Shown piece by piece: positions 25,901 to 39,226 of a stretch of DNA of 64,000 bases. This DNA comes from Paraspadella gotoi (taxonomy: Eukaryota; Animalia; Chaetognatha), in the NCBI GenBank assembly GCA_051294375.1, contig CM119264.1:19847590-19911589 (forward strand), given 5' to 3'. Both the position numbers and the translations under genes were made by a program. Below the pieces are notes generated by a model. The model had not been told where the DNA came from and ran no database searches. It worked only from the letters and a program-made list of their open reading frames with translations. Position 1 is the first letter of the stretch; every line of letters begins with the position of its first letter.

Positions 25901-27452
25901 TTACAAGGTACCAAGGTAGAAGAAATAAGAAATAAAAATGATAAATCTGATAAAACTATGATTGCCAACCAAGGCATTACAGACCAAAAATCTCATGATA
26001 TATCAGTTCTCAATAAAAATCAAAGGGCTAACTCCTTCACAAATCTAAGTGAATCTGAAGCTGAGTTTAAAAAGGATTGTGATGGAGCGTGTAAAATGCC
26101 AAAATTAAAACTTGGCAGTGACGAGAAAAGCTTTTTCATTTTTTCAGATACTTTAAATGATTCAAATAATGAACCTGAAAAAAAATTAGGTATGAACAGC
26201 TATGCAGATGAAAAAATAGAAACCCCATTCAATAATGTAAAGCAAAACAAGCTTCTTCAAGATGAGCCCAAAGATAGTAAATGCCTAGAAAAAATAAGCT
26301 TAACGAGGCTGGAAAATAGTAATGATGAAGAAACATTTGAAGGTTATAAAGGGACTATAATAAATTTTAAAAATTCTGAACCGTCATTGATAGACAAACC
26401 TCAACATTTAATTGAAAGAGTTAACTTAAAAGATTCTGCAATAAACCAAGTGAATTTTGAAAAAGTTGAATTTGGCAAGAAAAAATACGACAAAGAGAAT
26501 ATTCAGAGTAATTTTGACTCAGAGATGGATACAATTTCTTCTGATGGACATAAACTTACAATGTTAACTGAATCTATTAAAAATAAAAACGCTTTTGAAA
26601 CTAAAAAACAAACAAAAAAAAATTGTCTTGATATACTTCCCAACCCGTCTATTTTCAAATCATTTAAAAGTCCAAGACATAATAAAGTGCTGGAAATCAT
26701 AAAAGATTATGATAGGACATTAGGAATTCCAGTTGAAGACTTTGTTATCACTAAATTATTTTCACAAAAAACAAGTGAAGATTCTTTTGGTTTATTAGAT
26801 AAGTATAGGCTTGCTCTTAAAGCTGCTCTTGTTCCCATAGAATATGAGGAAAAAAATATTTCTTCTTTTAAAGATTTTAGTCATTATAAAGTAGATGATA
26901 AAAAGTTTGTTATTTCTTTAAAATTAAGTTGTTCTGATTTAGAATTAAAAAAAACAACCGATTCTTTAAACAGATGCTTTTCATCTCTGTTAGAAAATCC
27001 ACCTAACTCAATATTTGAGTTGTATGAAAAAATTGGCATACAAGGACTTAAAAAAAACCAATTAAATATTTCTGAAGATAAAGAAACCAAAGAAATCATT
27101 TCAGTTCAGCCTTACTTGTTAAAAGAAAAACCTTCAATCATGTCAATTAATGAGAAAACTCACCTAGATGTTCAAAACCAGGGTGTTATTATCGCCCAAA
27201 CAGATAATTTAAAACCTGAAATTTCTCTCTTCACGGATAATAGAAAACAAAAAATTCTTCCTAAAAATGACCTACGAAAAGCAGTATCTGAAGAAGCAAA
27301 AGTTAGTTTGAAATTGAATGAAACAACCAAAACTTCAAATGTCCTAAATAAAGAAAAAGATCCTTCACACAATAAAATTTCTATTTCTTTGAATGAGAAA
27401 GAAATACAAGTATCAAAACCTACATACTTGGATAATTTTAATGAAATTAAAG
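22971..27452 (+). CDS. Giant exon (1494 codons), K/N/E/S-rich, with three copies of a ~120-aa domain
   Basis: ttttttttcAG acceptor in frame with the 1473-aa ORF; AAAG|GTAAAA donor; 4482 nt, phase 1-1. Confidence 0.88.
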
Positions 27453-27824
27453 GTAAAAAAAGTTTCAAGCTGATTTTTATTTAATTTGACAATGAGTAAA
27501 ATTACAAAAGAGGTTAAAACAAAAAAATTTTTCTGAACTGGTATGATATATATATATGACAATGAGTGGAGAAAGTTGGCTTGTAAAATCGGGTTTCATT
27601 TTCCAACTCACTGTTTTTAAATTCAATTTTTTTTTAACTTTTAGCTCTTTTTTAAACAAAGTATTTATTAAAATATTAACAATATTAATATCCTCAGAAA
27701 GCCCTTAAAAATATGAAGAGAATGATATATTTATGAAAGCTCTAACATAAAAAGTGAGGCGCCCAGCCTTGGTTCAATTAAGAGTGTCAAAAGTGAATTA
27801 TTTAAAATTTTAAATCTTTTTTCA

Positions 27825-28356
27825 TAGAAGAAGTTTGAATTTGTTTACAACAACGATTTTATTGGTACATAGGGATGTACATGTTTCGGCTTTAAATTAC
27901 AAGCCTTCTTCAGCGCCATAAAAAATTGTTTGTGAATTTTACAAATTATTTGTGCAAAGGAAAAGTAAGAGAGAGAGAGAGAGAGAGAAGGAGGGAGACA
28001 GAGAGAGGGCAAAGTTTCCAACACAGAGTTTAGAAAAGAATAGTGGTCAGTTGTGAGGACAGGTTAAGGTGAACACAGATTAAGCGAGATTGTGAAAAGA
28101 AATTAAGTGGTGAAAATTTTTTGAGAGAGAGAGAGAGAGAGAGAAAAAGAAACATTAGAAACAATACATTGTGCAATGTACAACAAAGATAAATGATTTA
28201 AACTAACAGTAAAATAAATATTTTAACAATAAACTACTTAATAAATAATTGAGTATGAAATATGTACGTCCCTATGTACCAATAAAATCATTGTTGTAAA
28301 CAAATTCAAACTTCTTCTACTAATTCAAACAAAAACGAAAGGAAAGGAAATTCGCG
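27825..28356. mobile_element. PLE-like family 1 element inserted in a MITE
   Basis: IR at both ends, tail aacgaaaggaaagga, 13-bp TSD aaatcttttttca (27812-27824/28357-28369); uninterrupted site near 5890-5930. Confidence 0.8.
27874..27917 (-). ncRNA. Hammerhead motif, intact core
   Basis: ggcg CUGAAGA a ggcuu-guaauuua-aagcc GAAA CAUGUA c. Confidence 0.75.
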
Positions 28357-29179
28357 AAATCTTTTTTCAAATTATGTGACCTGTTTAAATTATTATAACA
28401 TAAAATATTATTATTTATATATTATGAAAAATCCCGAGAAAAAAGGATTTAAGATAACCAATCACAATTTGATAAATATCATAAATTTACTGATTTTTAA
28501 AAAGATGTCCCGTTTTCAAGTATCCTAATTAAATTAAAGCTGGGCCAGTTAATTTTTATACTATAGTATTTGTAAGTACGTCATTCNNNNNNNNNNCACT
28601 CATTGTCAAGGCATATCTTAACTGATCAACATAAAATTTTAACACATAAATTTCTACTCAACTAAATTTTAAAATCAATGAAATAACCACTGGTTTGCAA
28701 ATGACAGCGTATTTCTACCGGCGCTTGTAAAATTGTTACCATCTACATTGTACGCTAGTTAATTTTTTTTTCTTAAACGAGCGAAGGGAATCCACAACTT
28801 CCTGTTATTTTATGATTTCTGGGTAAAAAATATAATAAATTACATTAATATTGGGATTTTATGAAAGTGTAATATCTTATGGAGCCTGTGAGAGTTAAAT
28901 AATTAGAATTAAATGATTACCTTGAACATTTTTACCTTGAGTATTTTTATTAGAATATATGTTGATTTGCCATATCTAATAAATGTTATAAAAGCTTAGA
29001 TAAAAAAGTATTTGTTTAAAAATATTTGTAAACATTACTTGACTTTGAAAAGATTTATATTAATTAAATTTGTATTTAACATATCAATTTTTATAATTGT
29101 TTTAATACTTTTAATTAGTTTTTTAATAAAATACTTTAAGGATGAAAAATATTTGATTTTGAAAATGAAAGGGAAAGGG

Positions 29180-30410
29180 TAGGGATGGGAAGTGTGTGAT
29201 TGAGCTGTATATGAAGTTTCGATGGAATCGTCCGAGTGAAAATGAGTTTAAATGGAAAAAATAATAAAAATAAATTTCACTACTTGAACACCAATTACTC
29301 AAGAGTGGATGGGGCGATTGACTTGAAATTTTGTATTTGCGTAGGAAAGTGTGTGATTGAGCTGGATATAAAGTTTCGATGGAATCGTGCGAGTGGAAAT
29401 GAGTTAAAATGGAAAAAAACAAAAAACCTGTTTCAATAATTGATTATGCTTCTTTTTCATTTTATATTAAAGGATGGTTGGATTGGAATGAAATTTTGTG
29501 TGTGGGTAGGACAGTGTGAGATGAAGTTGGATATAAAGTTTCGATGGAATCGTGCGAGTGGAAATGAGTTTAAATGGAAAAAAACATAAGTTGCATTTAC
29601 TAAAATCTTTTTACTTATTTAATCATAATTGGATGAATAGATTTAGTTGAAATTTTGTGTGTGGGTAGGAAAGTGTGTGACGAAGCTTGATACAAAGTTT
29701 CGACGTACGAGTGGAAATGAGTTTAAATTAAAAAAACATAATTCACTTTTTCTTGAATCTTTTTTATTTATGATTACTAATAAATGTTTTAATTAATTAA
29801 TTAATTACATTTACTTGAATCTTTTTGTTTTCACGATCTTGTTAGTCCAGCAATGTTACTTACTTTAACCCATATTTACTCGAATTAATCATGATTGAAT
29901 TAATAGATTGAAAGGAAAGTGTGTGAAGAAGCTAGATATAAAGTTTTGACGGAATTGTGCCTGTGGAAATGAGTTTAAATGGAAAAAACATAATTCACTT
30001 TTTCTTGAATCTTTTTTATTTATGATTACTAATAAATGTTTTAATTAATTAATTAATTAATTTGAAAAAATTATACAATTTAAAAAAATTATGCAAGTTG
30101 AAAAAAATATGCAAGTTAAAAAAATTATGCAAGTTGAAAAAATTATGAAAGTTGAAGAAATTATGCAAGTTAAAAAAATTATGCAAGTTGAAAAAACGAT
30201 GCAAGTTTAAAAAAATGATGCAAATTGTAAAAATGATGTAAATTGAAAAAATGATGAGTTGAAAAATTATGTGCGTGGAAAAAATTATACGAGTTCAAAA
30301 AATGATGCGAGTTAAAAAATATTTAAAAAAATATTGTGATTTATCATCTGATTAGCAGATTACCACTTAATTATTGTAGGCAGATCCGACATTGTTTGCT
30401 CAAACTTGTT
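29180..30410 (+). mobile_element. HINE-like element, 5' truncated, with an 18-nt minisatellite
   Basis: 3' end gcagatccgacattgtttgctcaaacttgtt. Confidence 0.65.
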
Positions 30411-30444
30411 TACTTACTTTCTTTCTTTTTTCATTAATTTTATT

Positions 30445-31046
30445 AACAAGTTTGAGCAAACAATGTTGGATCTGCCCACGATCATTAGCGATAAGCAGCT
30501 GATCAGATAATTAATTAATTAATTAATATTAATTTGTTTTATTTGTGTTAAAATCGTTTTCCTCTTTGTCTCGCCTCTCTATCATAAAACAACAATCTTG
30601 ATCACAAAATTAATTAATTACAAATAATTAATAATTAATTAATTACTTATTCATTAATAATTAATTAATGCAGCTTAAATTTACATTTAATATAAAAATT
30701 AAAAAAGCATAATCAAATAGTGAAATAGATTGATTGTTTTTTCCATTTTAACTCATTTCTACTTCGACGACTCCATTGAAACTTGATTTCCATCTCAATC
30801 GCACACTTTCCTACCCATACACAAAATTTCATTCTCATCCATCCATCAAATCACGAGTAATTGGTGTTTTTTGCTAAGGTGGGATGGATGGACAGACAAA
30901 GATATGGATGGAGAGATGGATGGACGGACATCATTTTTTTCATAATTCAATATTCTGACATGATATAAATGAATGCTCGACAAGATTTGGGGGGTGGACC
31001 GACAAAGTGAATTATAGAGCCGAAATCTGCTGTAAGCAGATCCAGC
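30445..31046 (-). mobile_element. HINE-like element, short and complete
   Basis: Both termini present; tail-to-tail with the previous copy. Confidence 0.65.
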
Positions 31047-31254
31047 TAAAAATATTCCTAAAAAAGCACATGGACCTAATATAATTTTAATAGTAATATG
31101 CATTTTTAATTAGAAAATTATTTAAAACCAAATTCTATAATATTAACAAATAATAAAAGAAAGAGAAAAAAAGAGATATAAAAATATATATAGAGAGAAA
31201 AAGAGAACAAATAAGAAAGAGAAAAAGAATAAAATTATCAATTAAAAATTAATT

Positions 31255-31580
31255 CAGGAAGCAAAGCTTTTGTTATGGTGGGAAACTACCCAAGGGAGTA
31301 AATATTTTTTTATAACTAGGGGTGACCCCTCGGCAGGGCAAATCTTTGCACCCCAAAGGGATCTGCTATGGGGCTACCCCTAAACGCTTAATAAATATGC
31401 CCCAAGAGGGCATACCTTGGTATACAGTTTCGATACACCCCCAGAGGCCATTTTTAAGTTGGATCCCCTGATGTCGCCCCTCGCCATCCGCTAGGGGGAA
31501 GGAGTATATTCTGATGGTATACTTGCCAAATAATCCGTGGTGAGGGACGACATTTCTCTACACTCCCTTAGTTGTAAGAA
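31255..31580. repeat. GC-richer dispersed repeat with G/C-run palindromes (also 52350-52590 and, inverted, 48050-48345)
   Basis: Recurrent aggggtgacccc / taccccagggg motifs. Confidence 0.5.
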
Positions 31581-31954
31581 TTTTATAGAGCATGAAAAAT
31601 GCATGTCAGATCAGTAGAAATGCCCCATAACTTAACAAAATACATAAGGGAAAAATAATGCATGGACCAATAAAAAAAATAATAAAAATTGTAAGTTATT
31701 GAAAAAAAGAATCTTAGATGATGACGAAAGCAACAATGATCCTTCATGACAACAAAGATGTACAAATAAGTGAATACAGTATCAATATTAATAAAAGGAA
31801 ACCTAATGGGTCTCTTTCTATAGGGTGAAAAGTAAAGCGTAAAAAATATTTAAAAAAAAATGAAAAACTTTTTAAAAAAATAATTCAAAGTTTATTTATT
31901 AATAATTGTCATAAATCTACCAAACATCTTTCTTAACTCAATTCATTATTAAAG

Positions 31955-32110
31955 GAAAAGATGAAAATGGACAAAAATTTAAGTTGCCAAAAAATATTCA
32001 AAACAAGGAAGCAATTGAATATTCTATTAAGAATATACCAAACTTACGAAAGACAGAATTAAATCAAGTAGAAGAAACTCCATTAGAAAAACTTAAAAGA
32101 TTAGAAAACG
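31955..32110 (+). CDS. Repeat-region exon A1 (KDENGQKFKLPKN...PNLRKTE...LEKLKRLEN)
   Basis: AAG|...|GTAAGT, 156 nt, open; paralog at 52989; an alternative in-phase acceptor lies at 31961. Confidence 0.75.
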
Positions 32111-32165
32111 GTAAGTTTTAAATTTGTTATATTATTATAATACCAAATAATTATACACTATACAG

Positions 32166-32768
32166 TAGGGTGAAGTGAAAGTTTGGAATCAAAATTTAGC
32201 AGTTATATCTTGAAAGCTATCATATTAGTGAATACTAATCTATAATTATTTTTCTTTTTTTAAAAATATAGTAGCCCAGTCAGCTTATTTTGTATATTGT
32301 ACTACCCTTATAAAATGTCAAAATTTCAAAATATTTTTTTTAAATTCTGAGAACAGATTCAGATTCCTCGTTAAAAGTTAATAAAAGAAAATATAAATCT
32401 TTTTAAAAAAATTATGTCATTAAATAGGTTAAAATTATAAACTATATTTTTAAGCTTGAAATTAAAAATCGGCATCTTAAATATAGTTTTTTACATTCTT
32501 AACCAACTTAATGAAAGAATTTTTATAAAAGAATTATACTTTCTTATATCATAAGAAATCCTAATCCGATCTTAAAAATTAAAAATTTGCAATTTGAAAT
32601 TTTAGCCTATTATATACTTATTATTATATATAAATATAGCTCACTGGTGCCCACTAATGTATAAAATTAAAAAATAAATTTACCAAAGTATTTTTATTGG
32701 TTTTTATATTCATGTTTTATATGCTAAATTTTATTTTTTTTAAATTTTATCATTTTCACATCACTCGA
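32166..32768. mobile_element. hAT-like MITE
   Basis: Perfect 8-bp TSD ctatacag; empty paralogous site near 53190. Confidence 0.85.
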
Positions 32769-33308
32769 CTATACAGTCAATAAAATGTAACACTTTTAAT
32801 CATTATAAAGCACTGGACATAATAATTTTTTAGAGTGAAATGAATAGACTGACAATTATCTTGAATGCCCTAGATAAAATATTTAACATACATGATTTTT
32901 ATACATTTTATATAAATATTATCAATATTATTTTTTATTAACTTTTTTTAAATTTAAATATTATTGGGAAAGTGAAAGATGATACCTTTTTATGTAAAAT
33001 ATCTTTAAATAATATTCAGAAAGTTAGACAAAAATATTGAAAAAAAAGATATGAGTTTTAAAATGAAAAACGATTTTTAAGGTAACTTTTTTCCGCTCAT
33101 TACCAAGTCTAATCAAATCCAATCAATATGAAATTAGGAAATATAAATGATTTTGGTTTTGACTACAGAAAAACATTTTCAGATTAAAAATATCTTCAAT
33201 GGGTTGTAAATGATGATTTTTTTTCTAGAGGCAGGTTACGATTTATCACCTTGTATTTAAAAATACTTTAACAGGGTAATGAAAATTAATTTATTTAAAA
33301 CCTAAACT

Positions 33309-33456
33309 TTAGAGAAAACAAAGTTTGTTTGTTTGTAAACAACGATTTTATTCACATTGGACATGTTTCGTCTCTTGCCTTTAAGCCTTCATCAGCGTTT
33401 GTTTGTTTGTTTTCTCTAACTAATTAAACACAACGAAAAAGAAAGGAAATAATATA
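33309..33456. mobile_element. Short PLE-like family 1 hairpin insertion with a minus-strand hammerhead (33356-33399); duplicate at ~37667-37814
   Basis: 12-bp TSD aaaacctaaact; CUGAUGA...GAAACAUGUC with a damaged stem II; empty site near 53863. Confidence 0.72.
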
Positions 33457-34322
33457 AAAACCTAAACTATATTTTTTAAATATATAACCCTATTTAACTA
33501 TAATAATTTAAATAATTATTTGTTGAATAGGTATCAAAAAAAATTTGGAGAAAAACTAAATTAAAAAAGCTAATAATGTTTCAATAATTATTCTAAATCT
33601 AACACCTAGCCATTTTTATGTATCAGTGTTTTCATATGTGCTATTTTCTTTATATTTTTAAGAGATTTCAGAAGATATTAATATTGAGGCTATTTTATAT
33701 AAAAGTATTTTTAACCAAAACCAAAGCAAACTTTTTTTACTCTTAATTGTAACGCAATAAAAAGAAAGTGCTTTACACAAAATTTTTTTAAAAATGTTAT
33801 TAAAAAAATATTTAAGTTTTTAAATGAATGACCATTTACCATTTATGCCATGGCGAAGTCACCAACCAACGAGAACCACTTTTTCCCGCTTATTGACGAT
33901 TCAAACAAAAAAAATTAATAAAAAATTTTGATATGAAAATGATTTTAGTTTTTACTATACAAAAAATCTTTAAGATTGAAAAAGTCTTTACAAGTTTGCC
34001 AATGACGATTTTTTTCTAGCGGCGGGTTTCTGTGTGCCACCTTGTATCAAGGATAAGATTACCAAGTAGAAAAAGTTTGAAAGGGGCAACTTCATGTTTT
34101 GAATGAAATTTTAACTTGATATTTTAAAATATTTTACTTAAATTAGTTATTATTTCTTGTTTAATGAATTTTTTTATTATCTTAAAATCCATATTGAAGG
34201 TTAAAATAGTTTTTAAATTCTTTTCTTTGATGAAAAAATGCTTTCAACATTCTATAGTTGTTTTATTATCGCGACAACAGCTAAAAAACTTAATAAAGAT
34301 AAAAAATTTATAATTTTTTTAG

Positions 34323-34571
34323 CATTGCCTAATCGGTGTAATGAAAACGACTCTGACATTGAGTTTACTTCTGAATTACCAGAATATAATTTACCAGAGA
34401 AAAGAGAAAATACAAAATTAAATGTATTTGACAAAAAAGAACCAAAAGAAAATAACAAGAAAATAAACCCTTTGATTACTGAAGTTCCTGACTGGAAAAA
34501 GTTGAATAAGTCTAATGAAATTACTGAACAGACTTCAAATAAAATTATGCTGGGCACAGAAAAAAATTCAG
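34323..34571 (+). CDS. PEVK-like exon B1
   Basis: ttttttAG|...CAG|GTAAAA, 249 nt, open, phase 1-1. Confidence 0.8.
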
Positions 34572-34643
34572 GTAAAATCAGTTTTTTTTAATGTTTCTTC
34601 TTTTCAGTTAACAATACCTATTATAATACAGATTGTCTTATAG

Positions 34644-34868
34644 GTGAAGACGAATTTCCAGATATGCAATTTTCACAAAAAATTAACAGGATAGATGAGT
34701 TTAGATCTGATTATGATAATCTTAAACCTTTGAATAAAGAAGAACAATCAGCTGAGAAAAAAGAAAATGATAATATTTCCGTCCTAAAGATGAAAAAGTT
34801 AACTGACAAAAAAAAAAGTATTGATTCACTCTTACCAGAAGAAGATATTTCTACTAATTTAATAAAAG
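34644..34868 (+). CDS. PEVK-like exon C1
   Basis: tAG|...AAG|GTAATA, 225 nt, open, phase 1-1. Confidence 0.8.
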
Positions 34869-35705
34869 GTAATATGCACAGAACACAAAAGAATTAACAT
34901 TATACCTTGTAAAATTCTGCTAATTTTTTTGAGAACTTAAAACTTTCCCTCATAAGAAAAACTACTATTTACTTCGATATATAGTAATTAACAATATATA
35001 TAATAAATTTAGTTTAATAAATCATTTAATTAATTCATGTTTAACTAATGTTAGCTACTCTTTTATGAAGTATACTTTTCCATGGACCCTTCCTAAGATG
35101 AGTAGCTGATAATAATAAAGTCTTTACATTAATGGTACTACTGTATAAATAATTAGTTGAGATTGATATAATTTTGACTATAAGTTCTGTTGGGCGTCAT
35201 ATGTAATTCGCCTCACATTCCATAATCCAAATGAATTTTAATACTGTATTATAGCATAATGCCCTGAGGCCATAATTCAATGAAATCATATTAAGAGAAA
35301 TCTTACTACATACCTGTAATTTAGTATATTATGCTGTCTAAAAAACAATTTCAGAAAATTTAGCTCTTGTATTTTGATGCTAGAGCTTTAATTTTTTTAA
35401 TATAGAAGAAGTAACAGATTTATATTGCTTCCTATGCAGTTTTGGCTTATTCTAGAAATTGGATTTTATATTTTCTTTTAAGGTATTCTAATAATTCCAC
35501 ATGGTACAAATTCTTTCTCTGATTAACTACAGAAGTTACTGATTTGTTGACTTGATATGTAAATTTTTTAATTTTAATTTCTGATCACAACCTTTTATGC
35601 TTAATACAGTATTTACCCTTACAAATGCTTAGATGAAGTGGTATCGGATGAGAATATGTTTTGATTATTATAAATATGTCTACTCTTTAGTTATAATTTG
35701 TTTAA

Positions 35706-36586
35706 GGGGACCCAGTGATAAAAATGATATCATAAGCTTAAGGGTCTATCATCAAAGGAATTTGAATGGTGATAGTCATTAATTTTTCTTTGCACGGGAA
35801 AGTAGCATAAAAATTTCTATCTCTTATTGTAGCGGAAACAAAAATTTAATAATTATGAAAAAAACATTTAGTTGACCCTACCTAAATATTTATATAATCC
35901 ATTATTTTATTTTTGCATTAGAAAGTATTTTTTACTAAATTCCAAATTTTTATTTTTTACTGTACAAAGCTACAATTTTAAGTTTAAGCCTCATTGAACA
36001 AAGGCTTTACAAGACTAATATTTTTATATTTTTATATTTACTTAAAAGCAGACAAATCAAACCTAAATTCTATTCTTACAGAAACAAAATTGTAATAATT
36101 ATTAATTAATATTCATATTCATCCCTTAAATGTATTATTAAGCTATATTGATTCCTAATTATAATAACTAAAAATTTAGCAAAACTACAGAATCTTTTTC
36201 CTTTTTTTATATTTATATTACTTCAAAGAGTTTTATTTTCATCCAATTAACAGAATCATTTGAAAAGAAAGTTTAAATAAAATCAGTCGATACCTTAAAT
36301 TTTGATTCATTCCTAGTTTTTTTTCTTATAAATTTTTGTATAAAAGCTGAAAATCTTTTTAAAATTAGATCTTACCCTTTTTGGAAAAAAAACATTTTAA
36401 ACTGGAAAAAGATTTTCTTTCTTACCAATTTTTTAAAGAAAATTAAGCTCGCTGATTTTATCGAATTTTTTAACTACTTTCCCATATGATTATAAAAGAA
36501 AAAATTATATGGTCAGAACCAGCTTAAGTTAAAGGGTCAAACGTTATGTTTTCAGCTTTTTTACCCCCCCTGTTCACTTGGTCCCC
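35706..36586. mobile_element. TTAA-TSD MITE (Kolobok-like ends); duplicate at ~40065-40945
   Basis: ttaa|ggggacc(c/a)agtga ... tcacttggtcccc|ttaa; empty site near 60586. Confidence 0.75.
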
Positions 36587-38680
36587 TTAAGCAATAAAAA
36601 TTTGTAGTATTTATGTTTACATTAATACAGAGAATGATTTTTCGTCTTGGATTTTTAGTTTGAGAAATCTCTAAACAGAACTCTCTCAATACCAGAATAT
36701 AAAAATCTATTTGGTTGCTCTTTGTAACTTCTGTAGAAGTGCGAATAAATAAATGTTAATAAATATAATTAATTTTCAATCATTTTGGCAAGGAGCAAAC
36801 ATTTATGAGGAACAAGATTCAAGTCAAAACCCTGTACATTAGGGCATTTAAAAATAACAAAATATAACAAATTGAATAAATAAATAAATAAATAAAACAA
36901 TAAAACATAGCTGTTTTAGTGTAAACAAGTCTGTAGAATTCGAAGTTGATAACCATTTTTTTGTATAGTTTCATCTTCTTTGTCGAAAATGGCGATTTTT
37001 GCAGCATATAAGGTATTATTCAAATGGAACAAACATTGTAAAAGAACTCAAATTATTAAAATTTTATAAAAACTATATTTAGCTTACAAAATATGAAAAA
37101 AAAGACCCATATAAATATTCAAGTAAGTTTATTTACAAATTTTATATTTTATTAAATGTTTGTTAGTTATATTTATTAATAAATAATAATTAGAGAATTG
37201 ACAAAGTTTTTGTTTGCAACGAATTTTATTTAAATTGAACAGACATGTTTCGACTTGCTTTACAAACCTTCATCAGCGTTATTTTTTGTTGCAAACAAAA
37301 ACTTTGTCAATTCTCTAATCATTACTACCCAAAAAAGATGATGAGTTTATGTAAAATATCTTTAAATAATATTCAGAAAGTTAGACAAAAATATTGAAAA
37401 AAAAGATATGAGTTTTAAAATGAAAAACGATTTTTAAGGTAACTTTTTTCCGCTCATTACCAAGTCTAATCAAATCCAATCAATATGAAATTAGGAAATA
37501 TAAATGATTTTGGTTTTGACTACAGAAAAACATTTTCAGATTAAAAATATCTTCAATGGGTTGTAAATGATGATTTTTTTTTCTAGAGGCAGGTTACGAT
37601 TTATCACCTTGTATTTAAAAATACTTTAACAGGGTAATGAAAATTAATTTATTTAAAACCTAAACTTTAGAGAAAACAAAGTTTGTTTGTTTGTAAACAA
37701 CGATTTTATTCACATTGGACATGTTTCGTCTCTTGCCTTTAAGCCTTCATCAGCGTTTGTTTGTTTGTTTTCTCTAACTAATTAAACACAACGAAAAAGA
37801 AAGGAAATAATATAAAAACCTAAACTATATTTTTTAAATATATAACCCTATTTAACTATAATAATTTAAATAATTATTTGTTGAATAGGTATCAAAAAAA
37901 TTTGGAGAAAAACTAAATTAAAAAAGCTAATAATGTTTCAATAATTATTCTAAATCTAACACCTAGCCATTTTTATGTATCAGTGTTTTCATATGTGCTA
38001 TTTTCTTTATATTTTTAAGAGATTTCAGAAGATATTAATATTGAGGCTATTTTATATAAAAGTATTTTTAACCAAAACCAAAGCAAACTTTTTTTACTCT
38101 TAATTGTAACGCAATAAAAAGAAAGTGCTTTACACAAAATTTTTTTTAAAAAATGTTATTAAAAAAATATTTAAGTTTTTAAATGAATGACCATTTACCA
38201 TTTATGCCATGGCGAAGTCACCAACCAACGAGAACCACTTTTTCCCGCTTATTGACGATTCAACAAAAAAAATTAATAAAAAATTTTGATATGAAAATGA
38301 TTTTAGTTTTACTATACAAAAAAATCTTTAAGATTGAAAAAGTCTTTACAAGTTTGCCAATGACGATTTTTTTCTAGCGGCGGGTTTCTGTGTGCCACCT
38401 TGTATCAAGGATAAGATTACCAAGTAGAAAAAGTTTGAAAGGGGCAACTTCATGTTTTGAATGAAATTTTAACTTGATATTTTAAAATATTTTACTTAAA
38501 TTAGTTATTATTTCTTGTTTAATGAATTTTTTTATTATCTTAAAATCCATATTGAAGGTTAAAATAGTTTTTAAATTCTTTTCTTTGATGAAAAAATGCT
38601 TTCAACATTCTATAGTTGTTTTATTATCGCGACAACAGCTAAAAAACTTAATAAAGATAAAAATTTATAATTTTTTTTAG

Positions 38681-38930
38681 CATTGCCTAATCGGTGTAAT
38701 GAAAACGACTCTGACATTGAGTTTACTTCTGAATTACCAGAATATAATTTACCAGAGAAAAGAGAAAATACAAAATTAAATGTATTTGACAAAAAAGAAC
38801 CAAAAGAAAATAACAAGAAAATAAACCCTTTGATTACTGAAGTTCCTGACTGGAAAAAGTTGAATAAGTCTAATGAAATTACTGAACAGACTTCAAATAA
38901 AAATTATGCTGGGCACAGAAAAAAATTCAG
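38681..38930 (+). pseudogene. Exon B2 (copy of B1, +1 A frameshift or sequencing error)
   Basis: 250 nt; one extra A in a homopolymer relative to B1. Confidence 0.55.
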
Positions 38931-39002
38931 GTAAAATCAGTTTTTTTTAATGTTTCTTCTTTTCAGTTAACAATACCTATTATAATACAGATTGTCTTAT
39001 AG

Positions 39003-39226
39003 GTGAAGACGAATTTCCAGATATGCAATTTTCACAAAAAATTAACAGGATAGATGAGTTTAGATCTGATTATGATAATCTTAAACCTTTGAATAAAGAA
39101 GAACAATCAGCTGAGAAAAAAGAAAATGATAATATTTCCGTCCTAAAGATGAAAAAGTTAACTGACAAAAAAAAAGTATTGATTCACTCTTACCAGAAGA
39201 AGATATTTCTACTAATTTAATAAAAG
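39003..39226 (+). pseudogene. Exon C2 (copy of C1, -1 A frameshift or sequencing error)
   Basis: 224 nt; one A missing in a poly-A run relative to C1. Confidence 0.55.

Noticed and set aside
23311-27468. Antisense ORFs over the giant exon and the repeat exons
   Set aside because: Shadow ORFs of A-rich coding sequence
23063-27484. Stand-alone intronless 1473-aa gene
   Set aside because: The start is TTG; the frame opens at a strong acceptor and has an in-phase donor, so it is an internal exon
38681-39226. Compensating +1/-1 frameshifts in B2 and C2
   Set aside because: The shifted frame hits TGA right after the B2-C2 junction
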